64,000 bases of DNA from a candidate division FCPU426 bacterium (GTDB lineage Bacteria > Oederibacteriota > Muellerivitia > Muellerivitales > Muellerivitaceae): NCBI GenBank assembly GCA_963771075.1, contig CAVYSE010000007.1, positions 230,295-294,294 on the forward strand, read 5' to 3'. The notes beneath the pieces were generated by a model. It did not search any database. It saw only the letters and a list, made by a program, of their open reading frames with translations, and was not told where the DNA came from. Shown in pieces: positions 31,344 to 40,643 of this stretch (position 1 is the first letter of the stretch; each line of letters opens with the position of its first letter). The position numbers and the translations under genes are program-made.

Positions 31344-32457
31344 CGGCCCTTCCGAACAAGGGGCTGCCCCTAAAGAGCCACAAGGCCCCCTGTATAAATG
31401 GCTGGATGAGCGTTTGGGCATCCGCGAAATCAAGGCCCTCGCCAGCCAAAAGACCGTGCCGGATCACCATGCCTCCTTTTGGTATTACTGGGGTGGCATC
31501 ACCTTTTTTCTTTTCATCGTCATGTGTTTTACCGGCGTGCTCCTCCTTATTTATTACCGGCCCGGGGATGAGGCCTATGACTCGGTGCGCAAGATCACCT
31601 ATGACATCAAATTCGGCTGGCTGATCCGCTCGACCCATTCCTGGGCCGCCAATTTGATGATCGTGGCTGCTTTCATTCACATGTTCTCCGCCTATTTCAT
31701 GAAAGCTTTCCGAAAACCGAGGGAATTCACTTGGTGGAGCGGTTTGGGTCTTTTGGTACTGGCGATGATCTTCGGATTCAGTGGATATCTCTTGCCCATG
31801 GATGTCCTTTCCTTCTTCGCCACCAAGGTGGGATTGAGCATCCCGGCAATCATTCCCGGCATCGGCCCCTGGATCGCCAATCTGGTGCGTGGTGGCATGG
31901 AGATCAGTTCATACACGGTTTCCCGGTTCTTCGCATTGCATGTAGTAGTCCTGCCGGCCATCTTTGTCCCCACCCTTCTCTTTCACTTGGGTCTTGTCCA
32001 AAAACACGGTATGTCCCTGCCCGAGAGTGAACAGATTAAACCCCCATCGGATCGGAAAACCGTCCCTTTTTTCCCCAATTACGCCATGAAAGACCTGGGC
32101 ATGTGGCTAGTGACCTTGAATCTGCTTGGTTTCCTGGCGGCGGTTTTTCCCTGGAGCTTGGGAGAACAGGCCGACACTTTGAAACCGGCGCCCATGGATA
32201 TCCATCCCGAATGGTACTTCATGAGTTCATTTCAGGTTCTTAAATTGTTCGGACAATGGTTCGCCGGAAGTTTCGGCGAGTTCCTGGGTTTGGCGGTCTT
32301 CACCCTGGGGCTCGTGTTGTGGGCCATGATCCCGATTTATGACACCACCCGAGAAAACGGAAAAAGGGCCCGGCGGGCAACGTATTTCGGTTTGATCGCA
32401 TTGTTCCTTCTGGTGTTGACCACCCTCTGGGGTTATGCCGGGTTAATCCAATCGTAA
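31315..32457 (+). CDS. Cytochrome b of a bc complex (b6 and subunit IV parts fused)
   Basis: FGWLIRSTHSW, FIHMF, SGYLLP, RFFALHV..LFHL heme His pairs, HPEWYF. Confidence 0.95.
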   Translation: MEKSPSAAPNGPSEQGAAPKEPQGPLYKWLDERLGIREIKALASQKTVPDHHASFWYYWGGITFFLFIVMCFTGVLLLIYYRPGDEAYDSVRKITYDIKFGWLIRSTHSWAANLMIVAAFIHMFSAYFMKAFRKPREFTWWSGLGLLVLAMIFGFSGYLLPMDVLSFFATKVGLSIPAIIPGIGPWIANLVRGGMEISSYTVSRFFALHVVVLPAIFVPTLLFHLGLVQKHGMSLPESEQIKPPSDRKTVPFFPNYAMKDLGMWLVTLNLLGFLAAVFPWSLGEQADTLKPAPMDIHPEWYFMSSFQVLKLFGQWFAGSFGEFLGLAVFTLGLVLWAMIPIYDTTRENGKRARRATYFGLIALFLLVLTTLWGYAGLIQS

Positions 32458-32467
32458 GGAAAAAAAC

Positions 32468-33832
32468 ATGAATTATCCCGTTTGGTACGTACCCCTTATT
32501 GGCTCCGGCTGGGTCATCGGCCTCATTGCCATCCTCCATGTTTATATTTCCCATTTCGCGGTGGGCGGGGGCTTGTTCCTGGCCATGACCGAACACAAGG
32601 CCTTGCGGGACGGACGCAAGGATTGGCTGGTCCGGCTGAGGGGATATTCCAAATTCTTCCTGATCCTGACGGGGGTGGTGGGCGCCATGACTGGTGTGGC
32701 CATCTGGTTCGCCATCGGCCTCGTTTCCCCGGAGGGAACCAGTACCCTGATCCACAACTTTGTTTTCGGATGGGCCATGGAATGGGTGGTTTTTATCGTG
32801 GAACTGACCCTTGCCGCGGCCTATTACTACAGTTGGGACCGGATCCCGGAAAAACAGCACCTGAAAATCGCCTATCTTTACGCCGGTTCTTCCTTCCTGA
32901 CGCTGGTTATCATCAACGGCATCCTGACCTTCATGTTGACGCCGGGTTCGGGCTGGTTGTCGGTGGCTGGGACGGGTCGGGAAGCTTCCATGTTCTTTGA
33001 TGCATTCTTCAACCCCACCTATTGGCCCAGCCTGGTCCTGCGGTCCCTTGTCTGCATATCCCTGGGCGGCATTTACGCGCTGGTTTTCTTCAGCCGTTTG
33101 GATGGTCGCTCCGAAGGCGAAACCAAAACCACCCTGATCCGGTGGTCGGCCAAGTGGGTAATCCCGGCCTATCTTTTGATGCCCCTTTTTTTCTCTTGGT
33201 ACCTGTGGATGGTGCCGGAGGCGCAGCGACAACTATTGAGTTTCGGGATCTCGACCATCGGTTCGGGCGCTTTCACCCAGGTCACCCGCATGTGCCTAAT
33301 CACCGTGCTGACGACCTCCACGGTGGCGGGCGTTGTCTACTTTCTGGCTTTTTTGAGCCCAAAGGAATTCAATTTGGGCTATGCCCTTGCGATCTTCTTC
33401 CTGGGTCTCATGGCGATGGGGGCAACCGAAAGCGCCCGTGAAATGCTACGCAAACCCTATGTGATCGGCGGTTTCATGTATTCCAACGGCATCCGCAAAT
33501 ACCAGGTGGAGGGTTTCAACCAGAACGGGTTCCTCAAACACTCGATTTGGGTGCCCCGCGATGGGGACAAGATCACTGCAAACCCGGACAAAGTGGGTGA
33601 GCGGATGTTTTTGGGGCAATGCCTACCCTGTCATACCCTCAACGGCTACCGGGGAATGATAGGTTTTTTAAAAGGGAGGCACGAGGAACAGATTGGCAAC
33701 GTCCTGCAGATGCTTCGTGACCCTAAGCAGGACTCGCCTTACAGGAAATACATGCCCCTCTTGACGGGAACCGACGATGAAATACAAGCGCTTCGGCTTT
33801 ACCTCTTCCATCAGACGCAGGGCGCCTCGTAA
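32468..33832 (+). CDS. Cytochrome bd oxidase subunit I-like protein with C-terminal c-type heme domain
   Basis: LHVYISHFAVGGG, FGWAMEWVVFIVE, INGILTFMLTP, ESAREMLRKPYVI, CLPCH with distal KYMP Met. Confidence 0.85.
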   Translation: MNYPVWYVPLIGSGWVIGLIAILHVYISHFAVGGGLFLAMTEHKALRDGRKDWLVRLRGYSKFFLILTGVVGAMTGVAIWFAIGLVSPEGTSTLIHNFVFGWAMEWVVFIVELTLAAAYYYSWDRIPEKQHLKIAYLYAGSSFLTLVIINGILTFMLTPGSGWLSVAGTGREASMFFDAFFNPTYWPSLVLRSLVCISLGGIYALVFFSRLDGRSEGETKTTLIRWSAKWVIPAYLLMPLFFSWYLWMVPEAQRQLLSFGISTIGSGAFTQVTRMCLITVLTTSTVAGVVYFLAFLSPKEFNLGYALAIFFLGLMAMGATESAREMLRKPYVIGGFMYSNGIRKYQVEGFNQNGFLKHSIWVPRDGDKITANPDKVGERMFLGQCLPCHTLNGYRGMIGFLKGRHEEQIGNVLQMLRDPKQDSPYRKYMPLLTGTDDEIQALRLYLFHQTQGAS

Positions 33833-34126
33833 AAGGGAACTGGTCGAACCCTTTCGGATAATCCTCAATCGAATTTAAGCCTGTGCTTAGACAGGTTTGG
33901 AATTACCCAAGTTGGGAAATTCTGTTGGCCGTCAAATATTCCGTTTTATGAAAATTTTTAACTATATTTTCAAACCAAGTAACAGACGAGTTAATTTTTC
34001 AAAAGTTGGTTTATATGACGACAAGTGAGTGGTAAATTTTTTTTGAAATCCACCCGCCTGACCTTTTGAAATTAGGTCTCCGAAGCCTTAAATATCTTTT
34101 CCATTAAACTCACAAGGAACCTAGCC

Positions 34127-34723
34127 ATGCGAGCATTTTCAAACCTGAACCATTGGATGGTTTTTATTTTTTTCATTATGACCGGCCCGGCCTCATTCCT
34201 TTGGGCCGAGGCGACCGACCATGAAAAGGCCGATTGCATCTTCAACCTCATTCATTTCGTAAATTGGCCTGAACAGGACCCGCAAGCCGACCCGAAATCA
34301 CCAATCTACATAGGCGTCGTGGGTTCGGAGGGGCTGGATAATGCGCTTGAATCAAAAGTGAACGGCAAGACCGTGGATGGCCGGACCCTTGAAGTGGAGG
34401 GGTTCCGATCCGTGGATGCGTCACAAGCTGAGAAGTTCAAACGTTGCAACGTTATCTATATCACACCTAAGGCTAAGGCCTCGGTGCCGGACCTGATGAA
34501 GTTGATCAAGGGGTCCAGTGCCCTGACCGTTTCAGATATCAAGAATTTCAACAATATGAACGGCATGGTCGAACTGGGCGAGGAAGGAGGGAAGATTGTG
34601 TTCCAAGTCAACCTGACCCCCGTGAGTAGTTCGGGTTTATTTTTGAGTTCTAAATTTCTGCATATCGCCAAAACCAGCCAAAGGCCGGAATATTTCAACG
34701 ACCCTTTCGCCCTGCACAAGTAA
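34127..34723 (+). CDS. YfiR family (DUF4154) periplasmic protein
   Basis: Signal peptide; KADCIFNLIHFVNWP, LTVSD, GMVEL..IVFQVNL, LSSKFLHIA. Confidence 0.85.
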   Translation: MRAFSNLNHWMVFIFFIMTGPASFLWAEATDHEKADCIFNLIHFVNWPEQDPQADPKSPIYIGVVGSEGLDNALESKVNGKTVDGRTLEVEGFRSVDASQAEKFKRCNVIYITPKAKASVPDLMKLIKGSSALTVSDIKNFNNMNGMVELGEEGGKIVFQVNLTPVSSSGLFLSSKFLHIAKTSQRPEYFNDPFALHK

Positions 34724-34853
34724 TCACGGCCCTACCCACCAACCTTTCGACAAATACGGGCACCCGTCCTTTATTCTCTTTTTTCTTTTTTGGATGAACT
34801 CACGAGCGTTATCAGTTTAAATAAGGGCCATCCTTCGCGATGGAGCGGCATTT

Positions 34854-35768
34854 TTGATGAAATTCAAGCCCTTTTGGACAACTCTTTTGGCGCTGGGTTT
34901 GATGGGTATCTTGTCCGGGTTCAGCGTACGAGGTCTTTCTGGAAATCCTTTGAAAGCCCTGGTTATTCGCCTAACACCTGGACTTTCCATTCACGGAGCC
35001 GATCCCAACCTCCTAGTAGAGGCCTTTGAGGTAAGCTCCCCCTTGGGTGGACGGGAGGCCCAGGTCCAAACTGTCCACTTGCCCATTAAAATGCAACCGG
35101 CCCTCAAGGCGGCCTTGGCCCAAAAATCCTCGGCCAACCTGAAAAACCTTGTGAAAACTTTGGGATCCTGGTCCTTTCTGGTCGGGATGACAGGCGACGG
35201 GGATGGTTGGCCTTGGTATTTTGGCGGAGGATGGAAAACCCTTTTTCAAGAGCCTGTTGAGACCTTCTTTGACGATCTTTCCTTCTGGGACCGGTTTTAT
35301 CTTTGTTGGATGTGGCCCGTGCCTCCCCCGGCCCCTTACGCCTCCGCTATCCCGGTGGAAAACACGGCTACGGTACCTGCAGCGCAAGAAACACCTTCAA
35401 CAAAAACACCCTTGGCGATCCCGGAGTCAAAAACCACACCCATGACTTTCAATGGGGAAGTGCGCCTGGAAATCCTCAATGGTTGTGGTATAACAAACGC
35501 AGCGGATTGGGTCGCCCGAAAGGTAAAAGGCCCGGGTTTGACGATAACCGGCACTGGCAATGCTGATAATTTCCATTATTCCCACACGGTGTTGCAGACC
35601 GCCGTGGGTGTGCCGGTGGCGATGGAAGAACTCTTGGAGCGTTTAGGCCTTACCAAAGACTCGGTCCAGGAAGTGCCCAACTTAGCCCCGCCCAATGACG
35701 CGGTTTTAATCGTGGGAAAAGATTTTCGGAAGCTCAAAGAGAGGCGCCGTGACCGACTTCACCATTGA
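34854..35768 (+). CDS. Membrane-anchored protein with LytR C-terminal domain
   Basis: VRLEILNGCGITNAA, TGNADNFHYSHT, VLIVGKDF. Confidence 0.78.
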   Translation: MMKFKPFWTTLLALGLMGILSGFSVRGLSGNPLKALVIRLTPGLSIHGADPNLLVEAFEVSSPLGGREAQVQTVHLPIKMQPALKAALAQKSSANLKNLVKTLGSWSFLVGMTGDGDGWPWYFGGGWKTLFQEPVETFFDDLSFWDRFYLCWMWPVPPPAPYASAIPVENTATVPAAQETPSTKTPLAIPESKTTPMTFNGEVRLEILNGCGITNAADWVARKVKGPGLTITGTGNADNFHYSHTVLQTAVGVPVAMEELLERLGLTKDSVQEVPNLAPPNDAVLIVGKDFRKLKERRRDRLHH

Positions 35769-36114
35769 CCGCAATAATTTCAGAAAACTTTTCATCAATA
35801 ACACCTCCCGTATGCTTTTAGGCATTTGGTACCTGGCGAAAGGCTCTCGTTTTCCATTCGCCTCGATCATGGAGTTGCTCTCCCTCACCGAGGATGCCTT
35901 GGAGGGAAAACTCCAGTCCTTTGCGGGTTTGGGCCTCGCCCACTTGCATACTCCTCCCCGCGGGGAGAGGGAAATTGAGTTTCTGGACAGTAAAAACCCA
36001 GAAATCGACAGGCAAGTGGCCGAGTTTTTTGCTGGAAGGCAAAATGATTTTCAATCTATCGAGATGAAAGTAAATGCCCTCCTTTATAAGACCCTCCTGA
36101 TGAAAAATATTTAA
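35749..36114 (+). CDS. Hypothetical protein (possible winged helix)
   Basis: 121-aa ORF tightly coupled between lytR-C gene and argS; GAGG upstream of GTG. Confidence 0.55.
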   Translation: MTDFTIDRNNFRKLFINNTSRMLLGIWYLAKGSRFPFASIMELLSLTEDALEGKLQSFAGLGLAHLHTPPRGEREIEFLDSKNPEIDRQVAEFFAGRQNDFQSIEMKVNALLYKTLLMKNI

Positions 36115-36117
36115 GCC

Positions 36118-37752
36118 ATGTTTTACGATATCTTTACGATCCAAGAACTTTTACGCCGAGCCTTGTCCCAAGCCGCATCCAAGCTTGGCGCGGCTGATAT
36201 TCTCGCCACCATCGAAGCCCCTAAAGACCCCCAGCATGGTGATTTTGCCTCGCCTGTGGCCCTAAATCTGGCCAAAAAGCTCAAGAAGGCTCCTATGGGT
36301 ATCGCCGAGGAAATCAAGAGCTTATTTACCCTTGAAGAGCCTCTCGTGGAGACCCTTTCCGTCGCCGCGCCTGGGTTCCTGAACATTCGCCTCAAACCTA
36401 TTGTTTTTCACTCAGCCCTGGCCCATGCCTTGGGGCAGGGGAACGACTACGGAAAAAGTGATAAGGAGAAGGGGCGCAAGGTGCTATTGGAATTTGTCAG
36501 CGCCAACCCGACCGGCCCTTTGAACATCGTCAGCGCCAGGGCGGCGGCCCTTGGCGATTCCATCGCCAATCTGCTGGTGGCTGCGGGTGCGGAAGTTTCC
36601 AAGGAATATTACGTGAACGACGCGGGGGTACAGGCCCGTCTTTTCGGTGAATCCCTGATCGCGGCCTGTGATCGGTTGAAAGGTGGAACGACCCCGGCTC
36701 CCGAAGGCGGTTACCAGGGAGCCTACATGGAGGATCTGGCACGGGAATACCTGAATCTGCCCGAACCCAGACCGGAACCGGCTTCTTGGGGAATGGATCG
36801 AGTTATCCAATGGCACAAAATTTCATTGGAAAACTACGGTGTACATTTCGACCGTTTTTTCTCTGAAAAAAAAGAACTTCACGACATTGGCCTGGTCAGA
36901 AAGACGGTTGAAACCATCAAGGCAAGGGGCCTTACCTATGAAAAAGAGGGAGCCCTTTGGTTCAAGGTGGGCGAGTTTGGATCGCCTAAGGATGAGGTCC
37001 TAGTTAAGAGCGACGGTACACATGCTTATTTCGCAGCCGATATCGCCTACCATTTAGGAAAATTCGAACGGGGTTATAAGGAACTGGTCGATATCTGGGG
37101 CCCGGATCACCATGGCCACATACAGCGAATGACTTCCGCCCTTGCCGCCCTGGGCCAAAAATCCGATGGTTTCCAAGTTTTGATCGCCCAACAGGTGAAC
37201 TTGCTCCAGGGCGGGGAAAAGATGAAGATGTCCAAGCGGGAGGGCAAATTCGTGACGATGGATGAACTTTTGGATGAAGCAGGTAAGGACGCCTCCCGGT
37301 ACTTCTTCGTGATGCGAGGAGCAAACTCTCACCTGGATTTTGACTTGGAAGTAGCTAAGAAGCAGACCGATGAGAATCCGGTTTATTACATCCAGTACGC
37401 TCACGCCCGAATTTGTTCGCTGTTAAAGAAAACTTCGGAACGGGGTTTTGCGCCGGCCTTTGTTGCTGAAAAGATGTGGGCATTGCAACACCCGGAGGAA
37501 TCCACCCTATTAAAACGCATCCTAGAATTTCCCCAGCAAGTAGCGGAAAGCGGAAAGGCCCGTGAGCCCCACCGGTTGGTGGCTTATCTCCAAACTCTAG
37601 CGGCTGAATTTCACTTGTTCTACGCGAAACACCGTATTCTGGACGCTCCGCCGGAGGTGGCCAATGCGCGGTTGAGCCTCGTCCTGGGGGTCAAGAACGT
37701 GCTTCGAAATGCCTTGGGATTGCTGGGCGTTTCCACGCCCGAGAAGATGTAG
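36118..37752 (+). CDS. argS: Arginine--tRNA ligase
   Basis: HGDFASPVA, EFVSANPTGPL, EYYVNDAG, WGPDHHG, KMSKREG, YIQYAHARICS, PEKM end. Confidence 0.97.
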   Translation: MFYDIFTIQELLRRALSQAASKLGAADILATIEAPKDPQHGDFASPVALNLAKKLKKAPMGIAEEIKSLFTLEEPLVETLSVAAPGFLNIRLKPIVFHSALAHALGQGNDYGKSDKEKGRKVLLEFVSANPTGPLNIVSARAAALGDSIANLLVAAGAEVSKEYYVNDAGVQARLFGESLIAACDRLKGGTTPAPEGGYQGAYMEDLAREYLNLPEPRPEPASWGMDRVIQWHKISLENYGVHFDRFFSEKKELHDIGLVRKTVETIKARGLTYEKEGALWFKVGEFGSPKDEVLVKSDGTHAYFAADIAYHLGKFERGYKELVDIWGPDHHGHIQRMTSALAALGQKSDGFQVLIAQQVNLLQGGEKMKMSKREGKFVTMDELLDEAGKDASRYFFVMRGANSHLDFDLEVAKKQTDENPVYYIQYAHARICSLLKKTSERGFAPAFVAEKMWALQHPEESTLLKRILEFPQQVAESGKAREPHRLVAYLQTLAAEFHLFYAKHRILDAPPEVANARLSLVLGVKNVLRNALGLLGVSTPEKM

Positions 37753-37907
37753 GACTCGTGTCATTCAGAGCCGCAAATACTGGCTAGACATGATTGCCAG
37801 CAGTGTTATTTTGTTCCGTTTAGCAAAAAATCCGGGTTTATATTAACCAATTTAAATGCCTTTAGGAAAATGGGCGTTTTTGTTGGTAGTGAAATATTTT
37901 TTAGACT

Positions 37908-38609
37908 CTAAGCCTCTTCCAACTCCCCGCCTAAATCATGAATCTCTTTATGTTCCAATATAGGTTTGGGAGCCTCACCCCTCGCGGCGCGGATCATGGC
38001 CCGGCCCAAACGGCGAGGCGTTGTAACAGCCCCAGGAAAAAGTTTTTTAATTACCGGAAGAAATGGACCGACCAGGTCGTAGGTCACCCGGTAAATCCGG
38101 GTACGGGATTTGAACCCTTTGAGGGGCTGTAAAGCACCCAACCGGAACATGACTGAAACCCGGAACGGCATCTTCAAAAGAGTGTTTTCGGTGCGACCTT
38201 TGACCCTTGCCCACATGATGGGACCCTTTTCGGTGGAATCGGTGCCACCACCGGATACATAACAAAAACCCAGGTCCGGGTTAAGCTTTAAAAGTAATTG
38301 GGCAAGATGGATAGGAAGATCGTGGTTGATCCGGGTGTATTCCGCTTCTTTCATTCCGGCCGCCGAGGCCCCCACGCAAAAGAAACAGGTATTGTAGCCT
38401 TTCAACTGGGCCGGATATTCTTCTAGTTTGAAGAGATCGATCAGGAGCAATTCACGTAATTTCGAATGCTGACGGCCACAATTGCGCCTACCGACGGCCA
38501 GAACCTGCGTTACGCGTTCGTCCCTTAAACATTCGTTTAATACAGCCGCTCCAACCATCCCGCTGGCCCCAAATAGGATCACCTTCAGGATCTTGGATTC
38601 TTGCTCCAT
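37908..38609 (-). CDS. NAD(P)-binding Rossmann-fold epimerase-like protein
   Basis: ILFGASGMVG, CFFCVG, YVSGGGTDS, WARVKGRTEN. Confidence 0.88.
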   Translation of the reverse strand: MEQESKILKVILFGASGMVGAAVLNECLRDERVTQVLAVGRRNCGRQHSKLRELLLIDLFKLEEYPAQLKGYNTCFFCVGASAAGMKEAEYTRINHDLPIHLAQLLLKLNPDLGFCYVSGGGTDSTEKGPIMWARVKGRTENTLLKMPFRVSVMFRLGALQPLKGFKSRTRIYRVTYDLVGPFLPVIKKLFPGAVTTPRRLGRAMIRAARGEAPKPILEHKEIHDLGGELEEA

Positions 38610-39026
38610 CTGGGTTTTGTTCCTCGCGGGTCATGAATAGAGGCCTAAACGAATGGCCTTTAGCTTATATAAGTTAAGGGATAATGGATGAAACAAGAAA
38701 TTAAAAAATTAATTGGCTAATATAATTTGTTGCGTCAAATGTCGTGGGACCCTTTTGAAAAAAACATGGATTAGGTGAAACTATATTTTTGTTCAAGGTC
38801 TTAAATGAACCATTCGAATGGAAATTAACGATATCCATCCGAGGCGAAGCAGGACAGAAATGGTGCGAACAAGTTTAATTAATAGTATATAGATCTTATT
38901 CTTAGTAAAAACAATTCTGGAAAGCATTGAAAACTGTTAAAATCCTGAATTATTATTTTTACACGATTTGGGTTATTGTTTTTAGAATACTGTCTTGTGA
39001 ATTATCTCTGCGAATGTGGAGCAACC

Positions 39027-39752
39027 TTGAATCGTATTTTATTAACCTGTCTTTTGTACGTGACCATCCTGACCTTTGGCTGCGGCAAAACAAGAGAACC
39101 GGGTTTAGGCATTTCGACAGGTTCCATTGATCCTCAAATTGAGCTTTTAAAAGGCCTGATTTCGAGGGCGCATTACGATCAAGCGGCGAAAAAGGCAAAA
39201 GAATTCGTTGCCCAAAATTCTACCTCGCCCAACCTGGCGGAAGCTCTTTACCTTGAGAGCTATGCCCTGATATTTGGCGAGCGGGCTTATCCCGAAGCAC
39301 GGACGGTCCTTAAACAGCTTCTAGACTATTTTCCACAGAGCCCGCACGCAGTCGAGGCACAGCAATGGGTTGGGGATTGCCATTACTGGGAATCCAATTA
39401 CGACCGGGCATTGAAAGAATACCATCGGTTAGAGGGCGCGGGGAAGGGCTCAGACCCTTACGCATTGTATCAGGAAGGGAATTGCCTCCTTTTAAAAGAC
39501 AAGGTTGGAGATGCGCTCGCCGAATACAGAACCCTTGTGGAAAAATATCCAGCTTCACCCCTGGCTGAGTCAGCACAGTTAATTGTGGCAAATACCTACC
39601 TGAAACTTCAGGACAAGGCAATGGCCAAAACAGAACTTCAAAAATTCATTTCAATCACCAAGAACCCAGATCTATTACACTCGGCCCAAAAATCCATCCA
39701 AGATTTGGGACTGGGAAAATCCGCACCCCCTAGCGCTGGGGTTTCGAATTAG
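39027..39752 (+). CDS. TPR lipoprotein (BamD/CpoB-like repeats)
   Basis: TTG start after GGAG; lipobox LTFGC; FPQSP and YPASP repeat ends. Confidence 0.7.
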   Translation: MNRILLTCLLYVTILTFGCGKTREPGLGISTGSIDPQIELLKGLISRAHYDQAAKKAKEFVAQNSTSPNLAEALYLESYALIFGERAYPEARTVLKQLLDYFPQSPHAVEAQQWVGDCHYWESNYDRALKEYHRLEGAGKGSDPYALYQEGNCLLLKDKVGDALAEYRTLVEKYPASPLAESAQLIVANTYLKLQDKAMAKTELQKFISITKNPDLLHSAQKSIQDLGLGKSAPPSAGVSN

Positions 39753-39755
39753 GCC

Positions 39756-40640
39756 ATGGCTCATTTTCCCTGGATCATTGCGGGATTAGGATCGCTCGGT
39801 TTCGGTTTGTCGGGTTTCGGCCTGGGATATTGGATCACTCATCGTTTCATGCCAAATGCGCTGCCGAAAAAACCGGACGTCCCCGCCTCTCCTTTGGCCT
39901 TATCCAAAAAGATTTTAGCCCCCCTTCAATTTGACATCCTAACTCGTTTGCTTGGACTGGGCATTTTAGCTGCGCTGGGCCTAGTCCTATGGGGTGACGC
40001 CGCTACCGGCCTTTTTCTTTTACTGGCCGTGTTGATTTTATGGTTAGGTTTTCGATTAGGCCCTGGATTGTTTGAAAAACTTAGAAAAGGAAAGAAATTA
40101 AAAGCCGTTCAGGAGGTCTTTCCCCAATCCCTGGGGATGATGATCCAAGCCCTCAAATCGGGACAAACCCTGCAACAGGTGTTGGAGTATCTCTCCCTTG
40201 AATGCCCTGAACCATTAAAGGCTGAGTTCCGCCAAGTTTGTGCGGATATGGCATTAGGTGCGGCAACCGACAAGGCCTTGATTTTTATGGCTGATCGAAA
40301 CCCGGGGTTTTATGACTTCAAGCAGTTCATTGAGTCCTACCAGATTTCCCGCGTAACCGGCGCGAACCTGACCCGACTATTGGAGTTTCTCCTAGAGAAT
40401 CTCCAGGAAAAAGACAGGCTGGTACGCAAAAGGGAGGCGATGACTGCTCAGGCTAGGCTTTCTGGCACGCTGATGGGTTGTCTGCCTTTCTTATTGGGTT
40501 TAGTGTTTTTTGTAATGGATCCTGTGCTGATGACCCCACTGTTTATCACGCCCCAGGGTTGGGCTATCCTCTTTACTGCCATCCTGTTGGAATCGCTCGG
40601 TTTCCTTTGGATCCGCCAGCTCTTGGCCCTGGAGTTCTAG
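39756..40640 (+). CDS. tadB: TadB-like (T2SS F family) membrane protein
   Basis: FPQSLGMMIQALKSG, EPLKAEF, TGANL, AMTAQARLSG. Confidence 0.85.
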   Translation: MAHFPWIIAGLGSLGFGLSGFGLGYWITHRFMPNALPKKPDVPASPLALSKKILAPLQFDILTRLLGLGILAALGLVLWGDAATGLFLLLAVLILWLGFRLGPGLFEKLRKGKKLKAVQEVFPQSLGMMIQALKSGQTLQQVLEYLSLECPEPLKAEFRQVCADMALGAATDKALIFMADRNPGFYDFKQFIESYQISRVTGANLTRLLEFLLENLQEKDRLVRKREAMTAQARLSGTLMGCLPFLLGLVFFVMDPVLMTPLFITPQGWAILFTAILLESLGFLWIRQLLALEF

Positions 40641-40643
40641 GCA

